Source of the DNA: Parasitella parasitica NRRL 2501
Taxonomy: Eukaryota > Fungi > Mucoromycota
Assembly: GCA_025201805.1 (NCBI GenBank)
Contig: MU619265.1
Coordinates: forward strand, 179,394-243,393
DNA length: 64,000 nt
Direction of reading: 5' to 3'
Part shown: positions 26,936 to 39,130 of the stretch, piece by piece
How the letters are laid out: each line of letters begins with the position of its first letter
Numbering within the stretch: the first letter of the stretch is position 1
Made by a program: the position numbers and the translations under genes
Notes under the pieces: generated by a model
The model's database searches: none
What the model was told of the DNA's origin: nothing
What the model saw: the letters and a program-made list of their open reading frames with translations, nothing else

Positions 26936-27313
26936 CCTTGTATGCCATTTTTTAATTGATTTTCATAATCAAAAGTGCCCTGAAAACACCAGAAATAGTA
27001 TCCAATGGGAAAAAACTATATTATATATGACTTTGGTGCAATTTGAGCATGATTTTTTTTTCGATGCAAAATGACAGATTTTTTTTGATTTTTTCCTTGT
27101 ATCCACACATCAAAATCATTGATTATGCATAATCCTCGATTTTGACATCAAAAATGCAACTTTTTACTATGGCATATATTGGAGGAAAATGATCGTAAAA
27201 GACCAATCCTTGGTCTGAAAGAATAAAAATGCGCTCTGATTAAGCAAAATACTTACTTTTTCCTCTTAATCTGTTTTTGAGGTTTTTCGGTAGAATTTCT
27301 TCCATAGGCATAC
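26936..27313. repeat. Possible decayed MITE-like palindromic element
   Basis: Perfect palindrome gattatgcataatc (27121-27134) flanked by tcaaaatc/gattttga. gtatgcc (~26940) and ggcatac (~27306) are roughly equidistant from the same centre. Confidence 0.3.
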
Positions 27314-28427
27314 GGGAATTATTAAAATAACACCATTGTGTAGCGTGTCCAAATATACAGCTATTATCATAGACTGACAGCCGTGATATGCATAGTATCA
27401 GAGGATAATATCTTGCCTCAAAGGAGTAATTTTGTTTTCTTTTTGTCCAAATAGAGTTTCTGAAAGAAGTTTTCCTTCCTTATTTTGGACGCGTTTAATC
27501 TCCGCTATAAAAAAAAAGATGTTTTTTTGAAGAAAGCACTGGCTTTGAGAAGCCATAGCTTATCCAGTTCTAGTGAAAAACAATTTTAATTTAGTTTATT
27601 TAAATGGTGTGCTTCGTGGATTTCTAATGGTAGTGCTTGCATGTCTGCACATGGCCTGACGATCTCACGCTCCGATTTTGAAAAACACTTTTCCAAAAAA
27701 AAAAAGTCGTTACCTTCATCTGATGTCAACTTAAAAGTGTAAAAACTTGCTCTAATATGTAATCAAAGAGCGCTTATATTCTAATGCATGACTTTTGTAT
27801 AACTTTTTTTGTGTTTGAGATCGCTAAAAATTGTTTTCTTACAGTTTTTGTCCTTTTCTGACAATATTACACTGAAAAGAAAAACAGCCTACAATCTACG
27901 TAGCTGGCTTTTGCAAAGACACAAACTTTTAAATCAATATTATGGAAAAGATGGCACAGACTTGACTAGCTGTTCTACCGCGTAATTGGATATAGAGAGC
28001 CTTGCCTAGTACTTGTCTGACAAGACCTTCTACACTAGAAGACGCTAGATCAATTGAAGGTATAAGAAAATGACAGAGAATAGGAAACAATCTGCCATCA
28101 GGATAACACACCCAGTCATAAAAACTCATCTGTATATGGAGTAGATAACTCTTATTACAGCGCATTCTTTTCGTATTTTCACTATGAATAAAACAAACCA
28201 ATTGCTCTCGTCTTTCAGAAACTTGTTAGCTTTTATCAGAAATAAAAGTTTTGTTACCAGAACCGTAATATTTATTATCATAATCACCATGATCTTTATC
28301 ATTTACTTAAAATAAAAATTTAGAAACGATAAAAAAATAGTGTCATAAGTAAAACAAAATATTTTTAGAAATAAAAGATTTTATTTCCTCCAAATTCAGA
28401 AGGCAATAACTGAATATTTCCCTGCAG

Positions 28428-31400
28428 TTGCAATTTCGAATTTGTCTTCTACGCTCAATTGTACACTGCAGAAAGAAAAATAGAGACTATGATGAGCTGT
28501 ATATCTATTTATTGAAAAGTATTAGAATACTTAAAGGTGTAGTGCAAGAGGCAGAAGCAAAAATCAAGGGTCCAGGAAAAATCACAACGATGTTAAGCAC
28601 CGTGTATACACAGAATAAAAAGGCTGAAAGTCTAAAAAAGGATTATGAGTACTGGAAAGAATCTGTAGAGAAGAACTTCCAGTCTCTTTTGGATTTACCA
28701 GAAAAGGATGATGGTAGCAATGATGATAAAGACAGTGAAGATAGCGAAGATGAAGACAGTGATAAAGCGACTCAAGATGACACTGAGCAATTTCGCGCAT
28801 GCTCAACTTCTTTAAGTCAAGTGCTCAGGGACGACTTGCCAGACGACATCAGGTTGTTATTCATCAATACAATCGGTGCTACCATGGAGCAAGTATCTAA
28901 TTGTACCTCTGACTTCAGCAAGCAGGTTCTCAAAGTCGCTCTGTTGTTTGCTGAGTATACATTTGAATCTAATGACAGCAACATTGAACTTGTCTACGAT
29001 GGTGGAAACAACATTGCGTCAATACTGCCAGAAGGGTATTTAGAGGAATACATCACTGTACCAAAGCCATTAGATTCCAGCTCTCTCCAGAATGACGAGT
29101 TCAATGCTCACTATCAATCGCTGTTTCTAGAACCCCACTTGGAACAAATGCACTCAACATACTATGGTCAAATGGGTATTGAAGAGTCTACCCTTGAAAA
29201 GTCGCCTTCGCACAAGGCAATTGTAAACGTTTTGGGCCGTGACGAAGCCAACCCACATCAAAATTTGTCCTCGCACATTATGAAGATGGCTCGCCAACAG
29301 TATTACACGAATCTTCGTATTATGTGGTCCGAAAATACTATTGTCAACAAGCTACTTAGAAAGCTCTTGAACTTCTTGCTGTTGATCCATTTATCTCCCG
29401 ATCAAGACCATGCTATCAAGGCGAAGAAAACTGAAAGAGAATCGGCCAAGCTCCGAAAAAACCATAAAGGCAAATAGAGAGTAACAAATTGCAGTATCCC
29501 AATGGCAGAAATTTCAGTGTTAAAGAAGACAAGAAATGGAAGACGAAAGCTGTTTTCTGATGAAAAGAAGCCAAAAGCCAAGTATGAAGAAAAGGAAAGC
29601 ATGAGGCAGCAGACATGTGCCAGACGAGAATCGATAAATATGAGCAAGTACTTTATAGAGAGGTAGGGGTCGTCTAGTTTTCAAAGGAAGACATAGTGTC
29701 GTAACTCGGAATGTATGTAGCAAGCGGAAAGGGTCAGAAATCCAAGACAGCAGCAGCAGCAGCAGCAAAAACAAGGAAAGCGTCAAGAAAGCGTTACTGA
29801 TGATAGAGAGGACTACGAGAAAGGGAACAATACCAATGTATCTAGAAAAAGAATCAGTCAGTTAGGCGACATTCCAAGATCAACATTGTTTGCCACGCAA
29901 GATATCACAGACGCGTACCTCCAAGATCAGGATGAACACATCACCACACAAGAATCTGTAACAATCATCAAAATTTCTAGCTTCATTCGGCCATACATAC
30001 CATCAAGCGAGACTTATCATCTCCTTCCATGCCAACTCAAGTTCATCTTGATGGCAAACCAAGTACTGCGCTCTATTGGCTATGAAGGCCAAGTTGCTAA
30101 ATTTCTTCCAATAGTCAGACCCACTACTTTGCATGCACTTCTTATTGACACAACGACCCTGTATGCACTTTTCTGCTCGAGCAAACTTTCAAAACGGATG
30201 TATCTTCGAGACTTTCAAGGCAATTACGTAAAGCATAAAGACACCAACGCAAAAAAAGATGCCGTCTTTAGCAATTTCTTTAACATTGAGAAACTAAAAA
30301 GCGTGACATCAAGCTATGGGATGGAGTTCATAAATAGAATACACATCTTACCAGGATCGAAGACTGTTAGATTGTATGGCAGCATTGGACATTTCAAGTC
30401 TAGTCGCAGGAACCCAGAAACAAAAAAAGCAAGCTGAGCCATCATACAGATGACGACTAGTTACGAGCTATGAAGGCTCAAAAGAAGGAGCTCGATAAGT
30501 CACTCAGGGATCGCACAAACGAATTCTATCAGTTTCTTCAAGACAACGACAGTGTTCGTGGCCTCAAGAAAGCTTGGAAAACCAACTTTGAAGAACAAAA
30601 ACAATGTTATGAGAAAGTCGAAGATGCCCAAGAAAGGGACAAAACTTCTGATCTTACGAAGACTTGGAAGGCTAAAGTTGAAGAAAACGACGAGCGCTAT
30701 CGGAATGTGGAATCAGTAAAGTTAAGGATTAATGGTGGCTATTCGAGATACAAAAGAGAGGCTTCAGTCCCTGCGGCGAGAGATTTATGAATATGGAAAA
30801 CCTTTAGTGAATGATTTGAAAACTCTAATACCATTTAAGCCCTTCACTGTGGGTAGCAATAGATGCTGTAGAAAGGTAGAGGAATGCAAGCTGGACGAAG
30901 ACATGGATCGGACAACAGCCGTGTTCAGTGGCACGGATAATGGCATTATAAAGACTACCGAGATAGTGTTTTTTGAAGTCGATCGTTTCGCACCACACTT
31001 GAAGCTGTACAATAGGTTTCAGATCTTGGGTATGTAACTCAATGCCTTTGAACACATATGTATATAGTTAAAGAAACTGATTCTATATATGTTTGCCTAC
31101 TATAGAGGATACCAAAGATGCAGACAATGCTGATGGTTCAAATACAGATGAAGCTGATATTTTTGAACACTTGACTCTACCTCGCGCTCTCACTTTGGGC
31201 TCCAAGCAAATCAACCAGATACCGGCTTGGCTATATTTATAAATTCGTTTATTCGGAAAAAAAAGACCACAGAAGACAGGTACAGAGTTTTGGAGATGGA
31301 AAAGGATCTTGGAAAAAAATAGTCTTTATCAATGCTCAACATCTGATGGTTTGGAGCAAGCCTATTCGCATCACACTAATGCGCGCGCATCGTTGCGCTC

Positions 31401-31980
31401 ATTCTATTACAACCAATCCATGATAAAAAGAAGAAGACGGCTGGAACTCTCTTACAGAAAAGGCTCTGACAGACTAGCAGCTTACGAGAGAAAGAGTTGT
31501 TGCAAGAAGCCGATTATGTTTGTCGGTGATCGTGGACACGGATTCGGCTCTCGCATCAAGGGACACAGACAATTTGGTGGGTTCTGAAAACAGCAGCGAC
31601 ATAGCCGCTATACACCAACTCTGATAACAAATGCACATAATACGTCGCAAACATGTGTTTTCTGCTTCTACAAGCTCTCTCATCCTGTGGCTGCTCTCAA
31701 TGGCAAAATACAGCGAACAGCCGGTTCATTTCTTTTCTTAAATCCCGAATGCCCCAATGCTTTCAAAACAATGTGCTGCGACCAAGTCCCAGCACTTGCA
31801 ATTGGTCTTGCTGATTTTGGTTGCCTTTTGTTTGGAGTAACTTTCCCCTGCTTCGACCCAAACCCCACCACATGCCAAGCGCACACAATTCAGCAATTTG
31901 GCCCTATCTTTTTTGTACAGAAAACAGATACTGGGCTCGCCTTTCGATGGAGGCAATACTCTTTGAAGGTTAGTAAATAA
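28428..31980 (+). pseudogene. Degenerate Fanzor (eukaryotic TnpB-like RuvC nuclease), copy 1
   Basis: Fragmented ORFs homologous to 39125-42830: SLSQVLRDDLP, LLLIHLSP, FIRPYIPS, FILMANQVLRSIGY, RuvC-I FSGTDNG, MFVGDRGHGFGSRIKGH..FGG, LITNAHNTSQTCVFC, NPECP..DQVPALAIGLA. Multiple stops/frameshifts and a catalytic E to A change. Introns at 29663-29720 and 31030-31105. A degraded N-terminal exon may lie at ~27860-28070. Confidence 0.88.
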
Positions 31981-32140
31981 ATATAAAACGTGGAGATAAC
32001 TTAATATTAATCGAGCGCTACATCTTTGACTTTGACCTTTTAATACTATTGGGTAAGTGACATTCCCACTTATAAATTGTTTATAGAAAGTAACCAAAAT
32101 CATCTGTTTCTTCTTTCGGAATTTAGCTTGCTATACCGTT
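31930..32140 (+). ncRNA. Candidate omegaRNA region of Fanzor copy 1 (boundaries uncertain)
   Basis: Hairpin gcctttcgatggaggc (31939-31954) at the ORF end, matching the equivalent hairpin of copy 2. This position is typical of TnpB/Fanzor omegaRNAs. Confidence 0.35.
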
Positions 32141-33213
32141 ACAGTATGTGAAATTACATAGCAGTGCTATCTAGCCTGTCTCCAATAATAGTACGGTATG
32201 CATAGATAAATAACGTTTGTCTTTGAAAAAGTGGTGGTAGATGTTGGCTATATGTTACTGAACAACTAAACAATTTGAGAATCAAATCAAAAATGTACAG
32301 TACACTATAGATTGGATATTGGATATTGATTGAAGAGAGTTCATTGCCGCCTGTTAACACTTCAGATTTTTTAAACCAATAACAAGCTCATCTAGCATCA
32401 CACGCCGTGGGATGTGTGTACTTAATTCCACCTAGACAACAATTAATGAAGTGGCGGTACAGACCTTGGGCGCCTGTATGCCAAGTTTGGCAACTTCCAC
32501 TGATGGCTCGTTTTGTCTTGACCGGATAAGATTTTTGCAGAAGCATTGTTTGGTATTAAAATTAATTGTCATTAATCTGGGATGGCCTATGATAATCAGT
32601 ACGTTTATAGTTTTGGTTTCAAGGGGCTGCCATCACCTTTCTCATGGACACCAACTGCTCCTAAATTGATTTAAGACTGCGCCCTTTATGTCTAATGCCT
32701 TTAATCTCGAATACGCGTCGAGTTTAGATGTGGTAAAAACACTGCAGCCCATCATGACAAGGTGACCTATAGGAAGAACTGCCACTGTGTGCATTAACTT
32801 TTTATTGAAGCGCATAATGTGAGAAAATTTGAGAGCGACTCTCTATCAGCTTAACATGTAAAAAGTGTTTTTGGCTCAATATAAACGATGAGTCCCAGCC
32901 AAAAGAGTTTCTGAATAATGATCTTCCAATCTCTTGAGTTTATATGCTCTCACTCATCGAGCTGCGCCAATTAATAGGCAAAGGAAGTATCAAATGTCAC
33001 CATAGCAAATCGAAAATGCCGAAAACTAGTAATCGTATAGTCTTGATGGTTTTTAAAAAAAAACTGATCCATTCAGCTCTTTACATGTCACTTTTGCTGA
33101 AGCTTCTAGCAGTTGAGACACTTGTCCAAGCATTCATAAGAGTGCTGAACAAAACTGTTGAGATCGCCAAGTCTTTATCTTCAAAAGCTTCGCTGTGGAT
33201 TCTCGTCATTAAT

Positions 33214-33862
33214 CTATCTTGTCCTACACTGAGTATGGAAGGTTCACTCTGCGGAATGAAAGGTCTGCCAACTATAAACTATTGCAATGGAGATTGTAAG
33301 TCTGTATGAACTTAAGACAATCAATTTAGTAGGTTTGCAATGCATTCGATAATTACTATTTTTTGATATGAATAGATAATCAAAGACAACTCCTGTACAA
33401 GTTTCCACGTACAAAATTCTTAATGTTATGAGTAAAGATACGAAGATTTACTGTGCATTCTACTGGCACTCATTATAGATTTCAGCAATCATTAAACAAT
33501 TCAACGTTTAAGATAAGCTTGTTACTGAGAGTGATTTCTTGAGGGAATGAAAGCTCTGAAAAGAATGACATTTCTTGTTGCTTCAGTTTCTGGTGCAGGA
33601 TTGGGTTTGATGGGCTTTACATATTAGTAAATTCTGTGATGTGTCCTCGTTTAAATCAGAGTAGGCACATTGGCGGTCTAGAGGAGGTGACGCTCAGTAC
33701 AGGTAAAAAGAGAAATTTAGATTGTCATGCATACTTGAGGCAGCCTAACCAATATTCATTCAGTCTCACGTTTCTTGGCCAAATTTCAAAAAGACAAGTT
33801 CAACAAAGACACTTTTGGTTCTGGTTCAAAGTAAATGCGATACTCAGTGTAGGACAAGATAG
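33214..33862. repeat. Perfect 23-bp inverted repeat pair (possible TIRs of a non-autonomous element)
   Basis: ctatcttgtcctacactgagtat (33214-33236) and atactcagtgtaggacaagatag (33840-33862). Confidence 0.7.
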
Positions 33863-34342
33863 GACAGGTATAAAAATCTAAAAATGGAGGAGGCCTTGGG
33901 TACCTATCAACCCAATTTTGATCACACTAGCTTTTTTTTTTGATTGGCTGACCAAAAGATTTGAACGCACTGAATTCTATTTTCCCAAAAACTTGTGCAA
34001 ATCTGTATATATCCCTAATAAACAACCTCCTTCTATTACCACTCTCGCTTTCATTCTCTCACTGTTTCCTTCGTTCATTTCATTCATCAACTATAGTAGA
34101 GGTGCTTTGCTTTTTACGATTTCATTCATTAAAAAAAAAAGCAAAAAGGAAAAAAAAAACTAAACCCCTCCCCTCACTCTCCTTTCCTTTCCTTTTTATT
34201 ATTTTTCCTATTTGTATACTTTTTTTTTTATATATATATAATTTTTGTGTGGACGAAAGCAAACGCAACAAAAACTATCATAGTAATTCCCTCCTCCTCT
34301 CTCTCTATCTCTCTCTCTTTTGTTTTTTTTTTGTTCTAAACA

Positions 34343-36234
34343 ATGAATCAAGTAGAAACACAGGCACAGCCTACCACGATTACTACAGAATCGTCTCCAA
34401 ACACCACAACCATCAACTGTACTGCTTGTCATCAACAACTGGAAGGCAATTTTGCGCGCGCCCTGGATGGCGCTTTTCACTGGAACTGCTTTCTTTGCAT
34501 AGTAATTAGAAATGAATGATTCGATCCACAGTATAACTGATGTTAAAAATAGGATTGTAATGAACCAGTTGCCGAAAAATTCTTTCCTATAGAATTTGAA
34601 GACGGTATTCAAAGGCCTTTGTGTGAAAGAGATTACTTTAAACGACTCAACTTGGCTTGTGATAACTGTGGAGAGGCATTGCGAGGATCTTACATCACAG
34701 CTGTAGGAAAGAAGTTTCACCTAGAGCATTTTTGTTGCAGCATTTGTTCGGTTGTATTTGGCCCTGATGACTCTTATTATGAACACGACAATAATGTATA
34801 TTGCCATTATCACTATTCAATTCAATTCGCCATAAAATGTATTGGTTGCGAAACTGCTATTCTCAAACAATTTGTAGAAATCAATAGAAATAATGTAGAT
34901 GAACATTGGCATCCGGAATGCTACATGATTCATAAAGTGAGTTAATACATATCATTACTTATGTTTATTTACTGATGATCAATAGTTTTGGAATGTCAAA
35001 TTAGCACAATCTTTTGGAAAGGATGATTCAACAACAACTCTTGGTAACATAACTATAATACAAACATATAATGGATCTTCTCCTAATACTCCTATCTTCT
35101 TGAATCGAAATTACTATTTAGATCTAAGCCTTATGAGCTCTGAAGAACTGAAAGATGCCCAAACTAACATGGAAGAAAAAGTGTATAGAATCTGGACAGT
35201 TTTATCAGCATTTGAAGGTATGATAACTACATTAACACAGACGTATCCATGTACACAGTTGGACGTAATTAAACACTTACTTGTCTACTCCTCTGTGTCT
35301 CCTTATTTTTTCTGTTTCTCCCTGAATACTGATATTATCTATTTGCATAGAATCTGCTGCTGGTTGTATATCAGACATGCTATTGCATGTATCCGAAGGA
35401 AGTTATGCAGATGGTGTCAAAATGGCTGATTATTTCGTTACGCATGTCGATGTTTTGTTTACTGCCATTGACGACCTTGCTGACCACTATTTTAAACAAA
35501 TCAAAGAAGAACTTTTCTACGATCGAGAATCTAGTATGCTCTGTAAAAAAGTGTCTAATTTTTTTTCCCTGTTATCTCATACTCAAGAGAATGGTCTTCG
35601 CAAGATTGGCATTACGCAAGATTTACTTTCATTAGTGACAGGTTTAGCTCATTATCTTAAAGTGCTAATTCGGATCGGCCTCACAGGTGCATTGAAGTTG
35701 GAAAAGAAGAATGACACCAAGTCTGCAGTTATCAGCCGTTTCCTGAGTCAACTAATGGAGCTCGCAAACAAAAAACGACAATATCTACATGAAGCGGATT
35801 ACACTGTATCATCTGATTTATGTCAGTTTTGTAAAAAAGCATGTGAAGATGCTTGTTTTAGATACAAAACTCACCTTTGGCATGATCAATGTTTTGCTTG
35901 TACACATTGTTGCGCGCCGCTTCGACTCGAATACAAAGAAGCGTGGATTCACGATCATAATTTATCAATTACATGTAGAAATTGTATTACAGCCAACAAG
36001 GAGAGTTATTGCCAAGGCGTTGAATATGTTTCCAAGTTGAAACAATCGTCCTTTTTATTGCGAGTTGCTTTGCGTAGACTATATAGTCTATTGAATGTAC
36101 CAGATCCAATGGTTGCTTATTATGGCCAGCCCATTGAGCAGTTACAGCATCAAAATATACAACAGCCGTCATTGCAAAACCTTCAAATTCAACAGCAACA
36201 GCAACAGCAAGAGCAAGAGCAGCAGCAGCAGCAG

Positions 36235-36266
<32 letters not shown>

Positions 36267-36282
36267 GCAACAACAACATCAT

Positions 36283-36322
<40 letters not shown>

Positions 36323-38048
36323 CATTCAGACAACAAACACAAGCGCAACAACCATCTTCAAGTCAAGCTCAAGACGTGCACAATGAAGAAATTCATCTAA
36401 ATGATATCAAACGCATGAAATCAACTCAAATGAACCGTAAATTCACCAATTCACATCGCGTTGGTAAACGCTCTACATTGATGGAAACACCTAGTCCAAC
36501 TACAGCATTTGTTACCAACAAAACTGATGAAAACAACAGTATTCATAGCAGTCGACCCCACAGTTTAACATCTTCAATGAAGCGAACCTCGCTGAATGAA
36601 TTAGAAGGGGATTTATCTCAGATGAGTGTGAGTAGTGCAACTCGAATATACACGCACAAATATACCAAATCTGTACCCAAAGCCAAGAGCTTTTATTTTG
36701 CAGAATTGGGTGCATTACAGCATTTCATGTTGAAGCATATCGCCGTTCTCTATTTGGAAGAAATCTTGCACGATCATTTTACCCTGGAAGAGCTCGCTGA
36801 TTTGATTGATGATAGAAAGAATTCAACATTGTGGGGCAAATTCGTCACTAGCTTAAAGGCTGGTGGCAATAAAAAAGTGCCGAGGGCGAAAGGTAATTAT
36901 TACTTACTAGCTAGTTTTGAAGAGTAATTAACTGAATGATTTAATAGAGGGAACATTTGGTGTGTCAATTGATATTTTAGTCGAAAAGAATGGAATTGAA
37001 TCAAGTCTTGGTGTCGGCCCGACCCGAATTATCAAAATCCCTTCATTTATCGATGACAGCATTTCAGCCATGAAACAAATGGATATGTCTGTAGAAGGCA
37101 TCTTTCGAAAAAATGGTAATATTCGTCGATTGAAAGAATTGAGTGAAGAGATTGATAAGAACCCCAATTCCGTGCAATTTTTAAACGAAACACCCATTCA
37201 AGTGGCTGCAATAATCAAAAAATTCTTGAGAGAGCTGCCTGATCCGTTATTAACCTTCAAGTTACATCGTTTATTTATCACTGCTCAAAGTAAGTACTTT
37301 GTTTGGAGCTTATTCTGAATAAGTTATGCTAATTTAAAGTTTAGAGTTAGAATCAGAACTAGACCGAAAGAGAGTAACACACTTAGCTTGTTGTCTCTTG
37401 CCTAAAACAAATCGTGACACAATGGAAGTATTATTCACATTTATGAAATGGGTATCTCAATTTGCTGATGATACTGATGGCGGGGGTAGTAAAATGGATG
37501 TAGTAAATCTAGCTACAGTTATTGCTCCTAATATCTTGTACTCCAAAAGCAAGGATCCTATCAAAGATGAATCATTTCATGCTATTGAATCTGTCACTGT
37601 TATGATACAAAACGCAGAGGAATTTGCTACGGTTCCTGAAGATTTCATTCCATTATTGCAAAATTTATCGTATGAACAAGGTGATATGGAATTGAATGTA
37701 AGACACATTTTGAAGAAGTGTGAGGTGGTGATGAAAATGAGAAGGTCCAGATCTGCAGGAGGACCTCTTCCGCCTCAGTTACCTAGACAACACTCATCAC
37801 CAGCTGCAGTTACCACTAGTAATATAGATAATCCAATCTATTCATCAGGTGAACAGCAGCAATCGCCAGAAGCATCATCAGCGCAGCAAAACTATTACTT
37901 GTCTTCATCACCCCAAAGTATAGTGTTGGAAGACCCAAATGATAGTCTTGCCCCTCCTACAATACCTCCCATCATCCGTTCTCAATCATCCACTCAGCTG
38001 AATGGCAATGAAGGAGGGAATCTTTTGATAAAAGAACTCATTCAATAA
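34343..38048 (+). CDS. LIM-domain RhoGAP (Lrg1/Rga1-like), multi-exon
   Basis: LIM domains (CTACHQQL..FHWNCFLC; CDNCGEALRGSYITAVGKKFHLEHFCC; CIGCETAILKQF..WHPEC), EEKVYRIWTVLSAFEES, GAP motif EGIFRKNGNIRRL, KKFLRELPDPLLT, NLATVIAPNIL. Confidence 0.93.
36190..36320 (+). repeat. CAA/CAG microsatellite encoding a polyglutamine tract
   Basis: Run of roughly 40 mostly Gln codons inside the RhoGAP exon. Confidence 0.95.
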
Positions 38049-38899
38049 TTTATCTTTCTTTCTATTATAAATATTCCCCATTTTCTCTCTACTTGATTGA
38101 TATGCAGACGACACTAAGCCCTCGCATTTTAATCCTATCTAATTATTAAAATACTTGTAGGCTCATTCTCATCACAGAGCGTTTTGGATAATTTGGAATG
38201 ATGTGGGATATGGTTGACCATATAATCAAGTTTGGTAATTTCGGTTGATTCACTTATAACGGTGGTTCGTGATGAGATATGAAGTAGGCGTTCAGAAGAT
38301 CAAGAACTTTTTTTATAACACATTTCATTCAAATTTCAGATGTTGAACTAAAAAGGTATGTGCTATATCAAAGTTATCTCATAGACCTTTTATGCAACGT
38401 CCCACTCGTAGTATTGGTATCTGAGGTAAATCATTGATAATCCTGATTTACATTCATAGTAAAACCCTTTGTTAGTGGATCTATAGTAATTCTTTGACGG
38501 ATTTGTTTTATTTGACTTTAGACATAACGCTATAGTGTCTTGAGTGGGTCATGTAATAATTTTTACTAACAAGAGTGGTATACAAGTCATTTCAAATCTC
38601 AGGTACAATACCGATCGATTAGAATAATGTACCACTCTTTGCAATGAAAAAAAAAGCTTACCAAACCTAAAAGATATAACTAATTCTGACCTCACAGAAT
38701 TTTATATATAACTTTATCCCTTGGTAAATCTTTTTTATGCGGAAGAATCCCCTTCAAATTATGCTCAGAGTCAAAACAAACAACACCTACATCTCAGACC
38801 ACAAACAACTACATAATGCAGGCAATATGTTTATTTGAAAGTAAGGACTGTGATTCGGTGGAGTAATGCTTTCAAATGACAAGAAATTCACAGCGCAGG

Positions 38900-39130
38900 A
38901 AACCATAATACTGATAGAGTAAATGAACTATGAGACCAAGCGAAAGCCACAATATTAAGACCGTTAATAAAAAATAGCGCAAAGAGTAATTGCATACATA
39001 CCAACAAAAGAGATGGTTATGTTGTAAAAAAATTATATAGAAGAAAAAGAGAATGAGTTTCTGATAGTAATAAGCTTTATAGAGTTTCTGAATTTACCGA
39101 ATATAGCCCTCATCGAGGGCAGGCCTATAT
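38900..39130 (-). ncRNA. Candidate omegaRNA region of Fanzor copy 2 (boundaries uncertain)
   Basis: Perfect hairpin GCCCTC-GAT-GAGGGC (39120-39106) 4 nt after the annotated stop; homologous to the copy 1 hairpin. Confidence 0.4.

Noticed and set aside
28100-28505. Possible Tc1-like MITE inserted in the 5' part of Fanzor copy 1
   Set aside because: The putative TIRs match too poorly to support.
32340-33310. Coding-like decayed sequence and the 121-aa ORF at 32944
   Set aside because: No recognisable motif or consistent frame; cannot be assigned.
35987-36400. Poly-Ala/Val, poly-Leu and Ser/Asn ORFs
   Set aside because: Alternative-frame and antisense shadows of the polyQ microsatellite.
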